Part shown: piece after piece, positions 12,575 through 24,042 of the stretch | Layout of the letters: the number at the start of each line of letters is the position of its first letter | Numbering within the stretch: the stretch's first letter is position 1 | NCBI GenBank assembly: GCA_044892505.1 | Contig: CM097883.1 | Span: 42,036,001 to 42,100,000 of the forward strand | Direction of reading: 5' to 3' | DNA length: 64,000 nucleotides | DNA from: Schmidtea nova | Taxonomy: Eukaryota | Notes under the pieces: generated by a model | What the model was told of the DNA's origin: nothing | The model's input: only the letters and a program-made list of their open reading frames with translations | The model's database searches: none | Program-made: the position numbers and the translations under genes

Positions 12575-12653
<79 letters not shown>
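12575..12653. repeat. (AT)n microsatellite, about 39 units
   Basis: Pure AT run. Confidence 0.95.
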
Positions 12654-12657
<4 letters not shown>

Positions 12658-13080
12658 TTAATTTTTATAAATACTCCATCACGATATCACGAAAATCATA
12701 ATACATCCATATTTGCAAAATAATACATCCATATCATTCATTAACACCATCCATACCTAATACCACATACAAAATTTAGTTGACTATAATTAGGCTTGCC
12801 AGGTGTACGTTATTTGAACGTACCGTAAGTTATTTTGGCTTACAAAATAAGAATGTACGTTATTTACGGAATTAGTGAAAACGTACCTAAAGGTACGTTT
12901 AATTACTGATTATATTTTAAGTCGCACACATTTTTTAAAAATTGTTGTAATTTAAATCAAATAGTATAAAAAATACGCGAAAAAGAAAACAAAAATCAAA
13001 CATTTACACATTAAGAATATAGTTTCGTTTATATTATGCTGCGTTTTTGTTTAAAGGGGAAAATTTACCATTTGTTTAAA

Positions 13081-13421
13081 TTCAACTTTACTGAAGCAGC
13101 GTTTATGTATTTTTAAAGTATTATTTCTGGAATATTTGTTAAAAAAAGTATTTAAATGTAAATCTTCTTTTAATTTTATTTAAGATCTATATATGATGGA
13201 AAAAGAAATTGGTGTTTTTTGAATTTGTGCCATAAAATTAAATATTTAAATTTTTTGATTTGTTTTGTTATAATATAATTTTTGCCCAGTTCAACTTTAA
13301 TGAAGCAGCGTTTTTGTATTCTTAAAGTATTATTTCTAGAATATTTGTAAAAAATAAAGTATTTAAGTGTAAATCTACTTTTAATTTTGTTTAAGATTTA
13401 TATATGATGGAAAAAGAAGTT
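13081..13421 (+). repeat. Direct duplication of about 130 bp in the hAT 5' UTR (13081-13211 / 13290-13421)
   Basis: ttcaacttta(c/a)tgaagcagcg...tatatgatggaaaaagaa occurs twice. The second copy supplies the transposase ATG. Confidence 0.85.
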
Positions 13422-15329
13422 GATACTGACAGCAGCGAATACAACACGGAAGATGAAAATCAAAATATTAGCGGAAAATCAAAAATAAAAAGACAACGTC
13501 GTATAAATCATTTTAACGATGAGTGACCAAAATCTTATCAATGGCTGGTCAGAGTAGCAGCAAAACCCAATGCTGCCAAATATATTCACTGTCGCACAGA
13601 ATTTAGCATTGCCGTATCTGGAATTCGAGATGTGAAACAGCACATCAAAACAATAAAACATGTAACCAACTTAAAAGCAGCATCAAGTTCCAATAGCCTA
13701 ACATCATTTTTTTCAGCCTCGTCAACAATAACTTCATTAGGTAAAAAGATTAGCGCTGCAGAGGCTACCTTTGTATATCACAGTATTCAGCATTCGCATA
13801 GCTTCAATTCATCAAATTGTACCAGTGCTCTATTGCATACTTTGTTTCCTGATTCAAAAATAGCATCCAATTTCACTTGTGGCCGTACTAAATGTTCAAA
13901 AATAGTAACAAATGTATTAGCAAAAGAATCCCAAAATTCTATTATTGCTAATATAAAAAGCAAAAATCTTCCTTATAGTATTTCTACAGACGCATCTAAC
14001 AAGGGAAATATAAAAATTTTTCCTCTAGTACTACGATATTTTTTGAAAGATGTTGGTGTTCAAACAAAGCTTTTAAAATTTTTTGAGAGCTCAAGTGAAA
14101 CATCACAGCATATTGCTAGTTCACTAATTAGTTATCTAAATAAAGCAGATTTAGATCCAAAAAGCATAATAAGCTACTGCGGTGATAATGCTAACGTCAA
14201 ATTTGGTCGCCATCAAAGTGTTTTTACTGAGCTCAGAAAAATAATTCCAGAAATTATAGAAGTAGGATGTTTGTGCCATATGCTGTCAAATGCTGTTAAA
14301 AAAGCTTCAAATTTACTGAAATTTGACTTAAAATGTATTATTGTTAAAATATATAATGAGTTCAGCTCTCATACGAAAAGGAAGCAAACGCTAATGGAAT
14401 TTTATGATTTTTGCGATATGGAATACACAGAAATGTTACGCCATGTTCCGACAAGGTGGTTATCTCTTGTGCCGGCTATCGATCGCCTTTACAAAAATTT
14501 TGAGCCAATAAAATCATATTTCAATTCCAAATCTTCACCACCGGCTTTAGTCATAGATTTCTTAAACAACGAGTTGTCAGAAGCGTATTTAAGTTTGCTA
14601 TCCAACATTGGGTCAATTATTAAAACTGTAATATTAAAGCTAGAAGCTGAAGGTCCTGCAGTAATAGAAGTGTATGACTTGTTTGACTTGTTTGAGAATT
14701 TAAGGAATTCGTTAAAAACAAAGCTACAGCAAACATTTTATGGTACTATAGCACAACAGGCATTAGAAAAATGCAATAATGATACTGAAAAAACATTATT
14801 TCTCAAAAGAGCTTCTGCATCTTTAGAACAATTGATTCAATATATTGAAAAAAGATTTGATTTCATTAATAATAAGTACAAAGCTCTAAATGTTTTTAAA
14901 TTGGTAGAAGTTCCTGTTTTTGAAGATTTATTAAATGTACTGAAGGTATTTCCTATAAAAAATATTGACGTATATGGTTTATTTGAAGAGTACATAATAT
15001 TTAAAGAAATTATACCAGATCCAGATATACAGAAATTAACATATGAAGAAAAATGGTTAAAAATATTTAAAACATTTAATTCTCCAAATACGCTTAAAAT
15101 TGTAGAATTTATTTTTGCGTTACCTCATTCCAACGCGATGAGTGAACGCATGTTTAGTTTAATGTTTTATGCTTGGAGATCAGATAGAAGTCGTCTCCTT
15201 ATAAAAAATATAGAAGCTGAAATCCTCGTGAAGCATAATTTTAATATGAATTGCAAAGAGTTTTACAAATATGTGATTCAGAAAGATGAATTATTAAAAA
15301 AACTTAAAGGAAATAAAAAATATACCTAA
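13404..15329 (+). pseudogene. hAT transposase with one in-frame TGA (13524-13526); the ORF-track part is 13632-15329
   Basis: ATG 13404 is in frame with the 565-aa ORF. N-terminal Zn-finger region FNDE*PKSYQWL...YIHC...DVKQHIKTIKH; catalytic STDAS, GDNAN and SNAMSERMFS; CLCH and TRWLS motifs. Confidence 0.93.
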
Positions 15330-16892
15330 TCAAATTAAGTCCTTGTGATTTATTTTTTAAATTGTTATACTATTAATATAATTAAGTTTTTTTAAGGGCA
15401 GAATTAAAGTCCTTGTTATTTATTTTTTAAATTGTTATACTATCATATAATTAATTTTAATATTTTATTGAAGTGATATAATTAATTTTTTGTTAAAGCA
15501 GAATAAAAGACCTTGTGATTTATTTTTTAAATTATTTTATTTTTTAAAATAATTTTATAATTTTATATATAACATATTTACTGATAATTATAATAATAAA
15601 AAAATTACATAACATGTATCTTTAATTGTTTTCTTTTTTATGCTGATCAATTTTTGTATGTACGTTTTTTTCGAAATTTTTATCTGGCAAGCCTAACTAT
15701 AAAACACACACTTTATCATTTCATTCAATAACATCTATCTACATCATACATCCAGAATTTATACAGGCACTCACTTCATCTCATTGATCATTGAATTTCC
15801 TATTTCCCCCAACATTCTATACAGCATACCATCACCTACAATTATTACAATGAAAATTCAAAATAAACTTGTAAGAGTATAAAAACATACAAACTTGCCA
15901 TTATTGTATCCCACATCACACATAAAAATTCATACATCCAACAAAACAATACAAAAGTTTGATTCATTCACATTTCATCTTTAGATTACCTATTTCATTC
16001 ACAACATCATCCATGCCCAATACTACATAAAAGCTTTATTCATCCATTTACCCATCCAAACTTTATAACCTCATTCTTTAACATCACACATCTCCTCAGA
16101 CATTGTAGCTCATCTACCAAGACCTATCGAAAAAAATACTTATAAACTTAAAAATCGTGGAGAATAAAAAATTAAAGATGATAATTTTTTTTATTATAAA
16201 TATACAAAATCTAAATTTGAAAAAGAGAGATAAGTCCAAATTTATTATTACCCAACCGTTTACAATAACGAAATATTCAATAACGATTTAGGCTTTTTTT
16301 GAGTCGATTGGACAGATTCCCGGTTTGGCGAAAATTGTACTCCAGAATGAGAGATCGTCACCAAAAATAAAAAACCAAAAGGGACGCTGGAGTGGGAGAT
16401 AAGTAATTCCAACGATTTGGACAATAATTGTAAAATAGGCGATTTTTGTTTTGTTTTCCTTTCCGAACTAGAGTATGATGATTGTTGAAAATATTCGTTC
16501 GTGGTTGGTATTGGAGAGAGTTGAAAATCCAAGAAGATTGTAATAGAATTGGGTGTTTTGAGTTCCTCGAAGCGATCCCGATATGCATTCTGAATAATTA
16601 AAATATGAAATTAAAATTTTGAGAATTAATTAGAAGATTACCGAAAAAAATCATCATGAAGGGGAAAACAGATTTTCTGAAATTGAATTCACAAAATCAA
16701 TAAATTGCTAATAACAATTAACCAATAATAGTGATTTAATTTTGAAATCCGTTTATATAGATTTCTTTATAATTGAAATTTTGCCTTTTCAAAGGGTGAG
16801 GGAGCGGGGTAAATCCTTATTTTTTAATATAGAATTGAAATTGCTATCTCCTCGCATTTGCATATATGGAAATTTTGAGTTCTGACAGACCC

Positions 16893-16943
16893 ATGTTTTC
16901 AATTTTGGTACTAACTATAACCGTTGCCGTTGTCAATGCCTCA
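16893..16943 (+). CDS. Putative first exon encoding a signal peptide
   Basis: ATG-MFSILVLTITVAVVNAS followed directly by a gtaaga donor. Downstream exons not resolved. Confidence 0.3.
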
Positions 16944-18579
16944 GTAAGAGTTTCAAATTCAAATATGTTAAAATTTCGCTAAAATATTAAATAAGTTTTT
17001 AGGAACAAGATAGACACTAGGTATAGGGGATTAAATTTTTTTTTGATTAAAATTTTGATATAAAATTACAGAAATCGAAAATCTTGCAATCAATAATTAT
17101 TTAGACAAAAATAATTGCTATTAAATATGTCCGAAAAATACATGTTTTGGTTGAGATTAAATTTAGATTAAATGATTAAATTTGAATTTTATAATGTTTC
17201 CGACATAATTATGATAAATTTTAGTCAATGCATTTTGAATTTTATAAAGTAGACATGAAAATTATATTTATGGTTTTTATGATATTGTGAGTTTCTGGGA
17301 TTTTAGGTAATTTAAGGTGTATTTATTTTTCCAGAGACATAATTTTTATAATTTTTTCTACGAGGATTTAAATTTAAAATTTCATAAAATTTATATAATA
17401 AAAAAATCTTTAGATTTGTAATTTTTCTATTCTAGTAGTTCAATTTAAATTTTCAATTTTACATATTATTTTAATTTCAATAATATAATTATACATTTAT
17501 AAAAAGAAATTTTGAATCGTATGCGAATTTTCCAAACAAAATATACATAATATTTTCAAGGTAATTTATTTGAAATTCTGCATACCCAAAATCTTTGATC
17601 GAAAAATTAAAGATTTATAGGAATGATCCTTCGATTAAGGTAAAGTTCGACTGAATAATATCAAATACTAATCATTCTTATACATTCGATCTTCTAAATG
17701 ACTGTGATGTTTTTCGTGATGAGATGAAGAAGGTGTTCATGTGAGCGATGATGACTTACGAGATGGATGCACATTTTTCGATGACTTTTATTGTGTTAGA
17801 GCTTCTGGATAGTTGTGAGTGTTATGTAGATTGGTATCAGTGTATATACAGATACTATATTATAACGAATTATTAACTTGCATCTTTGAGTATCATATCG
17901 CATATAAAACATGTAATGAGTTATATAATTCAGATAAGAATCATTATTATAATTCGATATCACTAATATAGCAACCTTGTCCTTGGCTAAGCCACAATTC
18001 CCCAACATCAACGTATGGGATGAAGTGATTATGGATAGGTGGGCTTCACCTTGAATAGAAATATGGGCTGGCTCGTTGATGGGCCTCAAATGAACAGCAA
18101 TCTACTCAGGCTACTTCCGTCAGCACAGCTCATGGGCGGAACTGATTTCAGATAGTATGGAAGAAAAGACAATTTAATTTAACTAATATAAGGATTTACT
18201 AATTTTTATGGGAAAATGGTGACTAGAATGATTTTCTTGAATAAAAATAATAATGAAAAAATTATATTGCTAAAATGAAAATATTATTATTCATCATATT
18301 ACAATAAACATAATTAATTATGACATTACAATTAAAATATACGAGTATAGTAAAATATCAAACATAAGCTAAAGTACCTCGCATGAGTTATCAGGGGACA
18401 TGACCCATCAACTCACGCGTGCAAAATAGATTCTTCCAAAATTAAATTTAACAATTTTACGCAAAATTAAATAATTATTTTTGTATAAAATTTTAATAAG
18501 ACTAATAATAATTTATTTTTAATACAAAATTTACCTTTTGAATTATTATTTTTTCTAATTTAGTTTAATTTACTAAATT

Positions 18580-18910
18580 TTTATCTAAAACAATTTTCTT
18601 TCATATTTTATGAGTTTTTAAGATAAAAATCGAAATTTTCTTTCTAAAAATATGCTAATTTTTCCTAATTTGTAATTTTATTCCATAATTGATGTTTTTA
18701 TGTTATGTCTGTGTTTCAGGATGTATATTTGATGTGCTTGTGTTCATTTATTTTTAAACGTGTTTTATTTAATTATTTCTGTGTTTTGTGATTACTATGT
18801 TTTATTTGGTGTCCTAGTTCATAGAATTTTAAATTTACTTCTCGCACTCTTTCTACGTACTGTATTACCGCTTTATTTAAACAAATCTCAGATTTTGCCT
18901 AACATGATCA
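18580..18910 (+). repeat. Dispersed repeat family E, copy 2
   Basis: Aligns with 62480-62800 and with the reverse complement of 10520-10900. Confidence 0.72.
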
Positions 18911-20039
18911 ACATTGATGCGCAAAAAAGCTTTTTTGAATTTTCGAAATTTCATTTAACGAAATTTGTGGTTGAACTTTTAATAGACTCTTTATTTGTTG
19001 TGCTTTATGTAGGTAAATTTAAATTGATACAATATTATAAATACTAATATAATTATTTTGAAAATGCCTTGCTTTTGGTCATGTCATCGTTCTCTAAATA
19101 TCTTTTCAAAGAATGAAGCGGAGGAGATTATGTAAGTGTTGTCATTATAGATGGAACTAGAAGTAGTATTATGCTACTGCCCGACAAGCTTCAAAGGCAA
19201 CTTAGTCGATACTAGACTCACTATGCTCATGTCCAGAATCAACATCAGAAGGTATGGGAGTGATTTAATAATAAAAAAATTATAAATTATTATAGTGAAA
19301 TTTTAATTGCAGTAGTGATTTTAGGTAAATTCAAAAATTCGAAATTATGAATAGCATTTTATTAAAAAATGATAATTTTAAAATATAATGCATAAATATT
19401 GATTAAAGCATAACTTAAAAAGAACATAATGAATAAAATATTGACTTAAGTGTAAACACAAAGAAAATAAAATACCCAGCGTAGTGCGATCGTGTCATGA
19501 TCGGATCGTGCCATAAATCAATAAATGGCTCATACATCTTCTTCTAACGTGGGCTTGAATGAATGCAAATCTAGTTAGCTTGTTTTCTTTCGATGGATCG
19601 CTGATCACGTCGAGTTTCAAAATTGAGTTTCAGTTTAATATCAAACAAATTGCAGTAATAATTATAGAAGTTGAATGGAAATGGAAATAGTTGTGAGAAA
19701 ATGTGTTAGCTTGTTCGAATTGATTCCCGTTTTTATATTACTTTTCGCTATACTTCCTCGTTGATGCAATAAAACAAAATTTTCAAGGTTAAATTTCTTG
19801 ATTTTTTTGAAATTAAATCTTTTTATTTTTAAGAAAATTAAATTAATATTTTCGCATAAAATTTTAATAAAGTTTCAAATAAATTATTTTTATTTAAAAT
19901 TTTTATTATTAATCAAAGTTTTTTTATCAATTCAACAAATTATAATCAATTTTTATTCAAATCATTTTTCTTTTACATTTTATATTTTACATGTTATCAT
20001 TTATTCTTGTATAAATTGAAATATTTTCCCATAAAACAT

Positions 20040-20290
20040 TTAAATTTTCTTAATTTGTGGTTAATTTTTTGTAATAAGTATTTTTATTATATTTCTGTGT
20101 TCTTGTGCTTACTTAATTCATTTTGTTACTTTTAATTTTTTAACGTATTTTAATTAAATTGTAATGTCTTTTGTTTATTTGGTGTTTTGTGGTTGATATT
20201 TTAAATTCACTTCTTGCGCGATCTCTGCGTGTAGTATTACTGCTAAAATCATACAAGACTTGGTTGGGTTCTGTCTTTGCCCATATTAGA
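20040..20290 (+). repeat. Dispersed repeat family E, copy 3 (more diverged)
   Basis: ttttaaattcacttcttgcgcgatctctgcgtgtagtattactgc matches the E core. Confidence 0.55.
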
Positions 20291-21349
20291 AAACCCGGAC
20301 AGTTTGGAAAATCTGAGTTCAAAATAAAGTAAATGAATTTATGAAGTAAAATAATTAAAGCTATGAGGGAAACCCGAACCCAAAAACAAAATAATTATAT
20401 TGCGAAGGATAAATAAAATTTATGGAAATTTTGGAAGAGAAGCAAAGTCAAATCTAGAAACAATTTAATTTGTTACAGAAAAAACTCCTGGTAAAAAAGA
20501 AAACTCTACTTGGATGACAAGATCAAATTAGGAGAACTCAATTAATGATATGTATAAACATGAAAAGGGTGGCAAATCCCTAAATTTCGCTAGTTGATCG
20601 AAGAAAGAAGTAAAAAGAATTAATTAAACATAAGAAAATTCAAGTTAGTTGTGAGTAAAAACGATAAGAATAAAGTACAATCAATCAAGTCAAATTAAGC
20701 ATTTCATCCACTTTATTGCTTAACTTCAAAACGAAAATGTAGACAAAGGTGAAAGTGTTATTGCCAAATTGAAGTAATTGTAATGAACTTCAAATAAAAG
20801 TTATTGTTTCGGGTGTTTTTGATTTTTTTTAATGAAGTGCACGAAGTGTTACTGGGTATTACCAATTTTCATTATTAAACACAATAAAAAGAATAATTGG
20901 AAATGTATCCCGTTCTGCTTGTTCTAACTTTTGGAAAAAGAAGGGTCATAAAAGTCTTATAGTAGAAGGGCTGGACTAGTTTAACGTCAAACTTTCTATC
21001 GGACGCTATCATTCAAATATGTAATTCATAACCATAATAATATTGACAAACCAATGATTTATTAAATCTTGGCTAATAAATGTATAACCATAGTCCCCAC
21101 AAGAGAAAGGGCTGATGGGGCCTTTGCCGATGACCAAGTTGCAAGATAGTCAAACACCGATCGAATTTACAAAATTAGTTTTTTAATATTTGTTACAAGA
21201 TCGATCAGTTCCGTTTAGCTTAGTACTTCAGACTTTCAGAAAGGTATTATTTACGGATGTTACTTTTGTGGAAAAAGCCAGAGTGAAACTGCTGTATTGA
21301 CTGGCCATCCCAAAGGAACTGTTAACTACTTCCTGAGGAAGTACAGCCA

Positions 21350-21715
21350 GGAGATGAAACATGTCAACAAGCAACGTTTAGGCCACTCTAAATTTCTGAG
21401 CGTCCGTACACAACTGCAGCTGAAATGACTTGTGGTGGTTCATCGTCGGTTCCCCTTGTCCAAGTTAGTGTACACATTTAACACTGGTCCTGTGTATGCC
21501 AGCATGTCCACCATTCGACGCGCATTACATTTCCATGGTTTATATGGTAGATAGTGCGCAAAGAAGCCTTTGATTACAGAAAATATTCTTCGTCGTCGCT
21601 TGAAGTGGTGCCGGGAGAGAAGGAGTTGGACAACAGAACAATGGCGCTCAGTATTTGGAGTGGTGATTCACGTTTCACTCTTTTCAAATCTGATGGACAG
21701 CAGTGCCGAAATATT
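21350..21715 (+). pseudogene. Tc1-family transposase remnant
   Basis: Translates to SMSTIRRALHFHGLYGR*CAKKPLITENILRRRLKWCRERRSWTTEQWRSV(fs)IWSGDSRFTLFKSDG, the Tc1 second HTH/linker and first catalytic motif. Confidence 0.88.
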
Positions 21716-21914
21716 GTGTACTTAACAACCAAAGAATTCTGATCTTTAGTCATACAATTATGAAAATAATTGATATAAATATTATCATTTTATTTATTTA
21801 TCTCATTTTTTAAAATTATTTTATATTAATAATTTTATTTATTGTTTAACTTATTTATTATTGTTACCATTTTTTATTTAATTTTTGTTCATTTTCATTT
21901 TCTTTCTCATTATT

Positions 21915-22458
21915 NNNNNNNNNNNNNNNNNNNNNNNNNNNNNNNNNNNNNNNNNNNNNNNNNNNNNNNNNNNNNNNNNNNNNNNNNNNNNNNNNNNNNN
22001 NNNNNNNNNNNNNNNNNNNNNNNNNNNNNNNNNNNNNNNNNNNNNNNNNNNNNNNNNNNNNNNNNNNNNNNNNNNNNNNNNNNNNNNNNNNNNNNNNNNN
22101 NNNNNNNNNNNNNNNNNNNNNNNNNNNNNNNNNNNNNNNNNNNNNNNNNNNNNNNNNNNNNNNNNNNNNNNNNNNNNNNNNNNNNNNNNNNNNNNNNNNN
22201 NNNNNNNNNNNNNNNNNNNNNNNNNNNNNNNNNNNNNNNNNNNNNNNNNNNNNNNNNNNNNNNNNNNNNNNNNNNNNNNNNNNNNNNNNNNNNNNNNNNN
22301 NNNNNNNNNNNNNNNNNNNNNNNNNNNNNNNNNNNNNNNNNNNNNNNNNNNNNNNNNNNNNNNNNNNNNNNNNNNNNNNNNNNNNNNNNNNNNNNNNNNN
22401 NNNNNNNNNNNNNNNNNNNNNNNNNNNNNNNNNNNNNNNNNNNNNNNNNNNNNNNNNN
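21915..22458. other. Assembly gap (544 N)
   Basis: N run. The three X-filled ORFs over it are artefacts. Confidence 0.99.
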
Positions 22459-22577
22459 TTGATAAAAACCACTTTTTAATTTTTTTTGATGATTTCGTGC
22501 GTTTGAATTATTTTTGATTTTTGGACTTTAACCCCCCCCCCCATAGTACTTCTGACACCAGTTATTATGATCTAAAT

Positions 22578-22944
22578 CAGGGCTTTTTAAACTATGAGTC
22601 GAGACCCCAAACTGGGTCGCTTAACAAAATCCTGGGGTCGCGAGATTTAAATATAAAATATTTAAATACAAGAATTTAAAATAAAATTTAAATGTTTTAT
22701 TACCAAAACTGAAATTTTGATGAAAAATACAGCATTTAATTTTTCTAACTATAATAAATACAATTTAACGTTTTGTTCAATTTTTAATTTTATATTTTTT
22801 TATATATTTCTAAACAAATTCTAAACCTAATCAATAAATCATCATAAAATATTCATAAATCTTTATTTTTTATTTATATTGGGTTATTAAAAAAATCCAC
22901 AATCATAGATGGGGTCGTGAATGAAAAATTTTTAAGAAGCCCTG
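22578..22944. mobile_element. hAT (Charlie/Buster-like) MITE, 367 bp
   Basis: TIRs cagggctttttaaa / tttaagaagccctg, perfect 8-bp TSD atctaaat, and subterminal ggggtcg motifs. Confidence 0.93.
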
Positions 22945-23809
22945 ATCTAAATTATCGTTAGAAAAGTTGTAATTGTAACGATATTTATTTTATGTTATTT
23001 TATTGAAAGTGTATTGAGAAATTGTAGAGTCGAGCAGAGTCTCCTGTAAAAGTGTATCTGGACTACTAGGGTGAATGGTATTTTATAATGTGGTGTGTGA
23101 ATACGTGTCTGTATGTGTGATTAAGTGTTTGTATAAATGAGTGAATAATTACAACAAAATATAATAAAACAGATTTTTATAGTAACAACTTTATTATCGT
23201 AACTGATACTCACGTATTATAAAGTTTTGATCTTCAAAAAAATACTTAGGACAATTACTTTTCAACTTCTTTAATTTAATTATATTCTTTTCAGCAATAG
23301 AGTATTTGGTTAATGGTTTTCTTTTAAAATTGTTTTGAAACTTGTTGGATGAGCTTACCAAGGATATTAATTTTCAATTTTCATTAATTTGTTGTTCTTC
23401 TGTATTTGTTTTGGTATTTTATTTCGGCTTTCAGCTTTTTAAATTTTAAGTTTATTTTTTTAAATTATTTTTTTTATTAATTTTAAATTATTTTTTTTTG
23501 AATTTATTATTAGCATTTTATGCTAATAATAATTATTAGCAAAATAATAATTATTATTAGCGATATAACGACAATAAATAAAAATTTTTAAAATAATGAT
23601 TTTTTTTATTTTTGATACCACAATCCACGCAATTACAAAAATGATTTATACTCATTAAGTTAAAGGGCCGTAGTCAGGGGACAGGGAAGAAAAGTAAGCC
23701 TTCTGTGGCGGTCCTATAAATTTGAAAATTAACAGTCATTTGACAATAAAAGACTCCTTCTAAAATTTCGCTTTTAAGAAAACAGGAAATTGAAGTTATT
23801 TTATTAATT

Positions 23810-24042
23810 TGTTGGGGTTTTGTCTAGACAAGCACGTAAAAAAGCACAAAAGTAAGTGCAAATCAAGAAAAATTTGAATATAATTAAAGTGCAAACTTAA
23901 TTAATTGGAAAATTAATAATTAATATTTTGCTGGGGACTAGTACTGGCGGATGCCAAATAATGAGACGAAACCAAATATAATAATTTAGAATCAAAGGTT
24001 GGTGACTAGAAAGGAATATTTAAAAAAATAATTAAAAATTAA
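23810..24042 (+). mobile_element. 5' portion of a TGTTGGG...CCCAACA family LTR
   Basis: Starts tgttggggttt, aligns with 58773-59030 and 50451-50680, and is cut off by the foldback arm. Confidence 0.65.

Larger units (their letters stand above)
12791..15695 (+). mobile_element. Full-length hAT DNA transposon (Tip100-like), 2,905 bp
   Basis: Perfect 12-bp TIRs taggcttgccag / ctggcaagccta, 8-bp TSD actataat / actataaa, clustered cgtac subterminal motifs, and an internal transposase. Confidence 0.95.

Noticed and set aside
5880-12723. ORFs with IYIYIY runs (5880, 6262, 12526)
   Set aside because: They are translations of (AT)n microsatellites.
16260-16588. Two overlapping minus-strand ORFs
   Set aside because: No recognisable motif or splice support; they could be a frameshifted remnant but cannot be called.
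17960-18089. HISIQGEAHLSIITSSHTLMLG as a retropepsin remnant
   Set aside because: The catalytic D-[ST]-G is absent and there is no flanking pol sequence.
18760-20322. ORFs 18760, 19798 and 20140
   Set aside because: They overlap repeat family E or AT-rich low-complexity DNA and show F/L/I/K-biased chance composition.
21842-22517. Three ORFs of about 200 aa in the ORF track
   Set aside because: They consist of N-gap codons; the same applies to 54606-54794.
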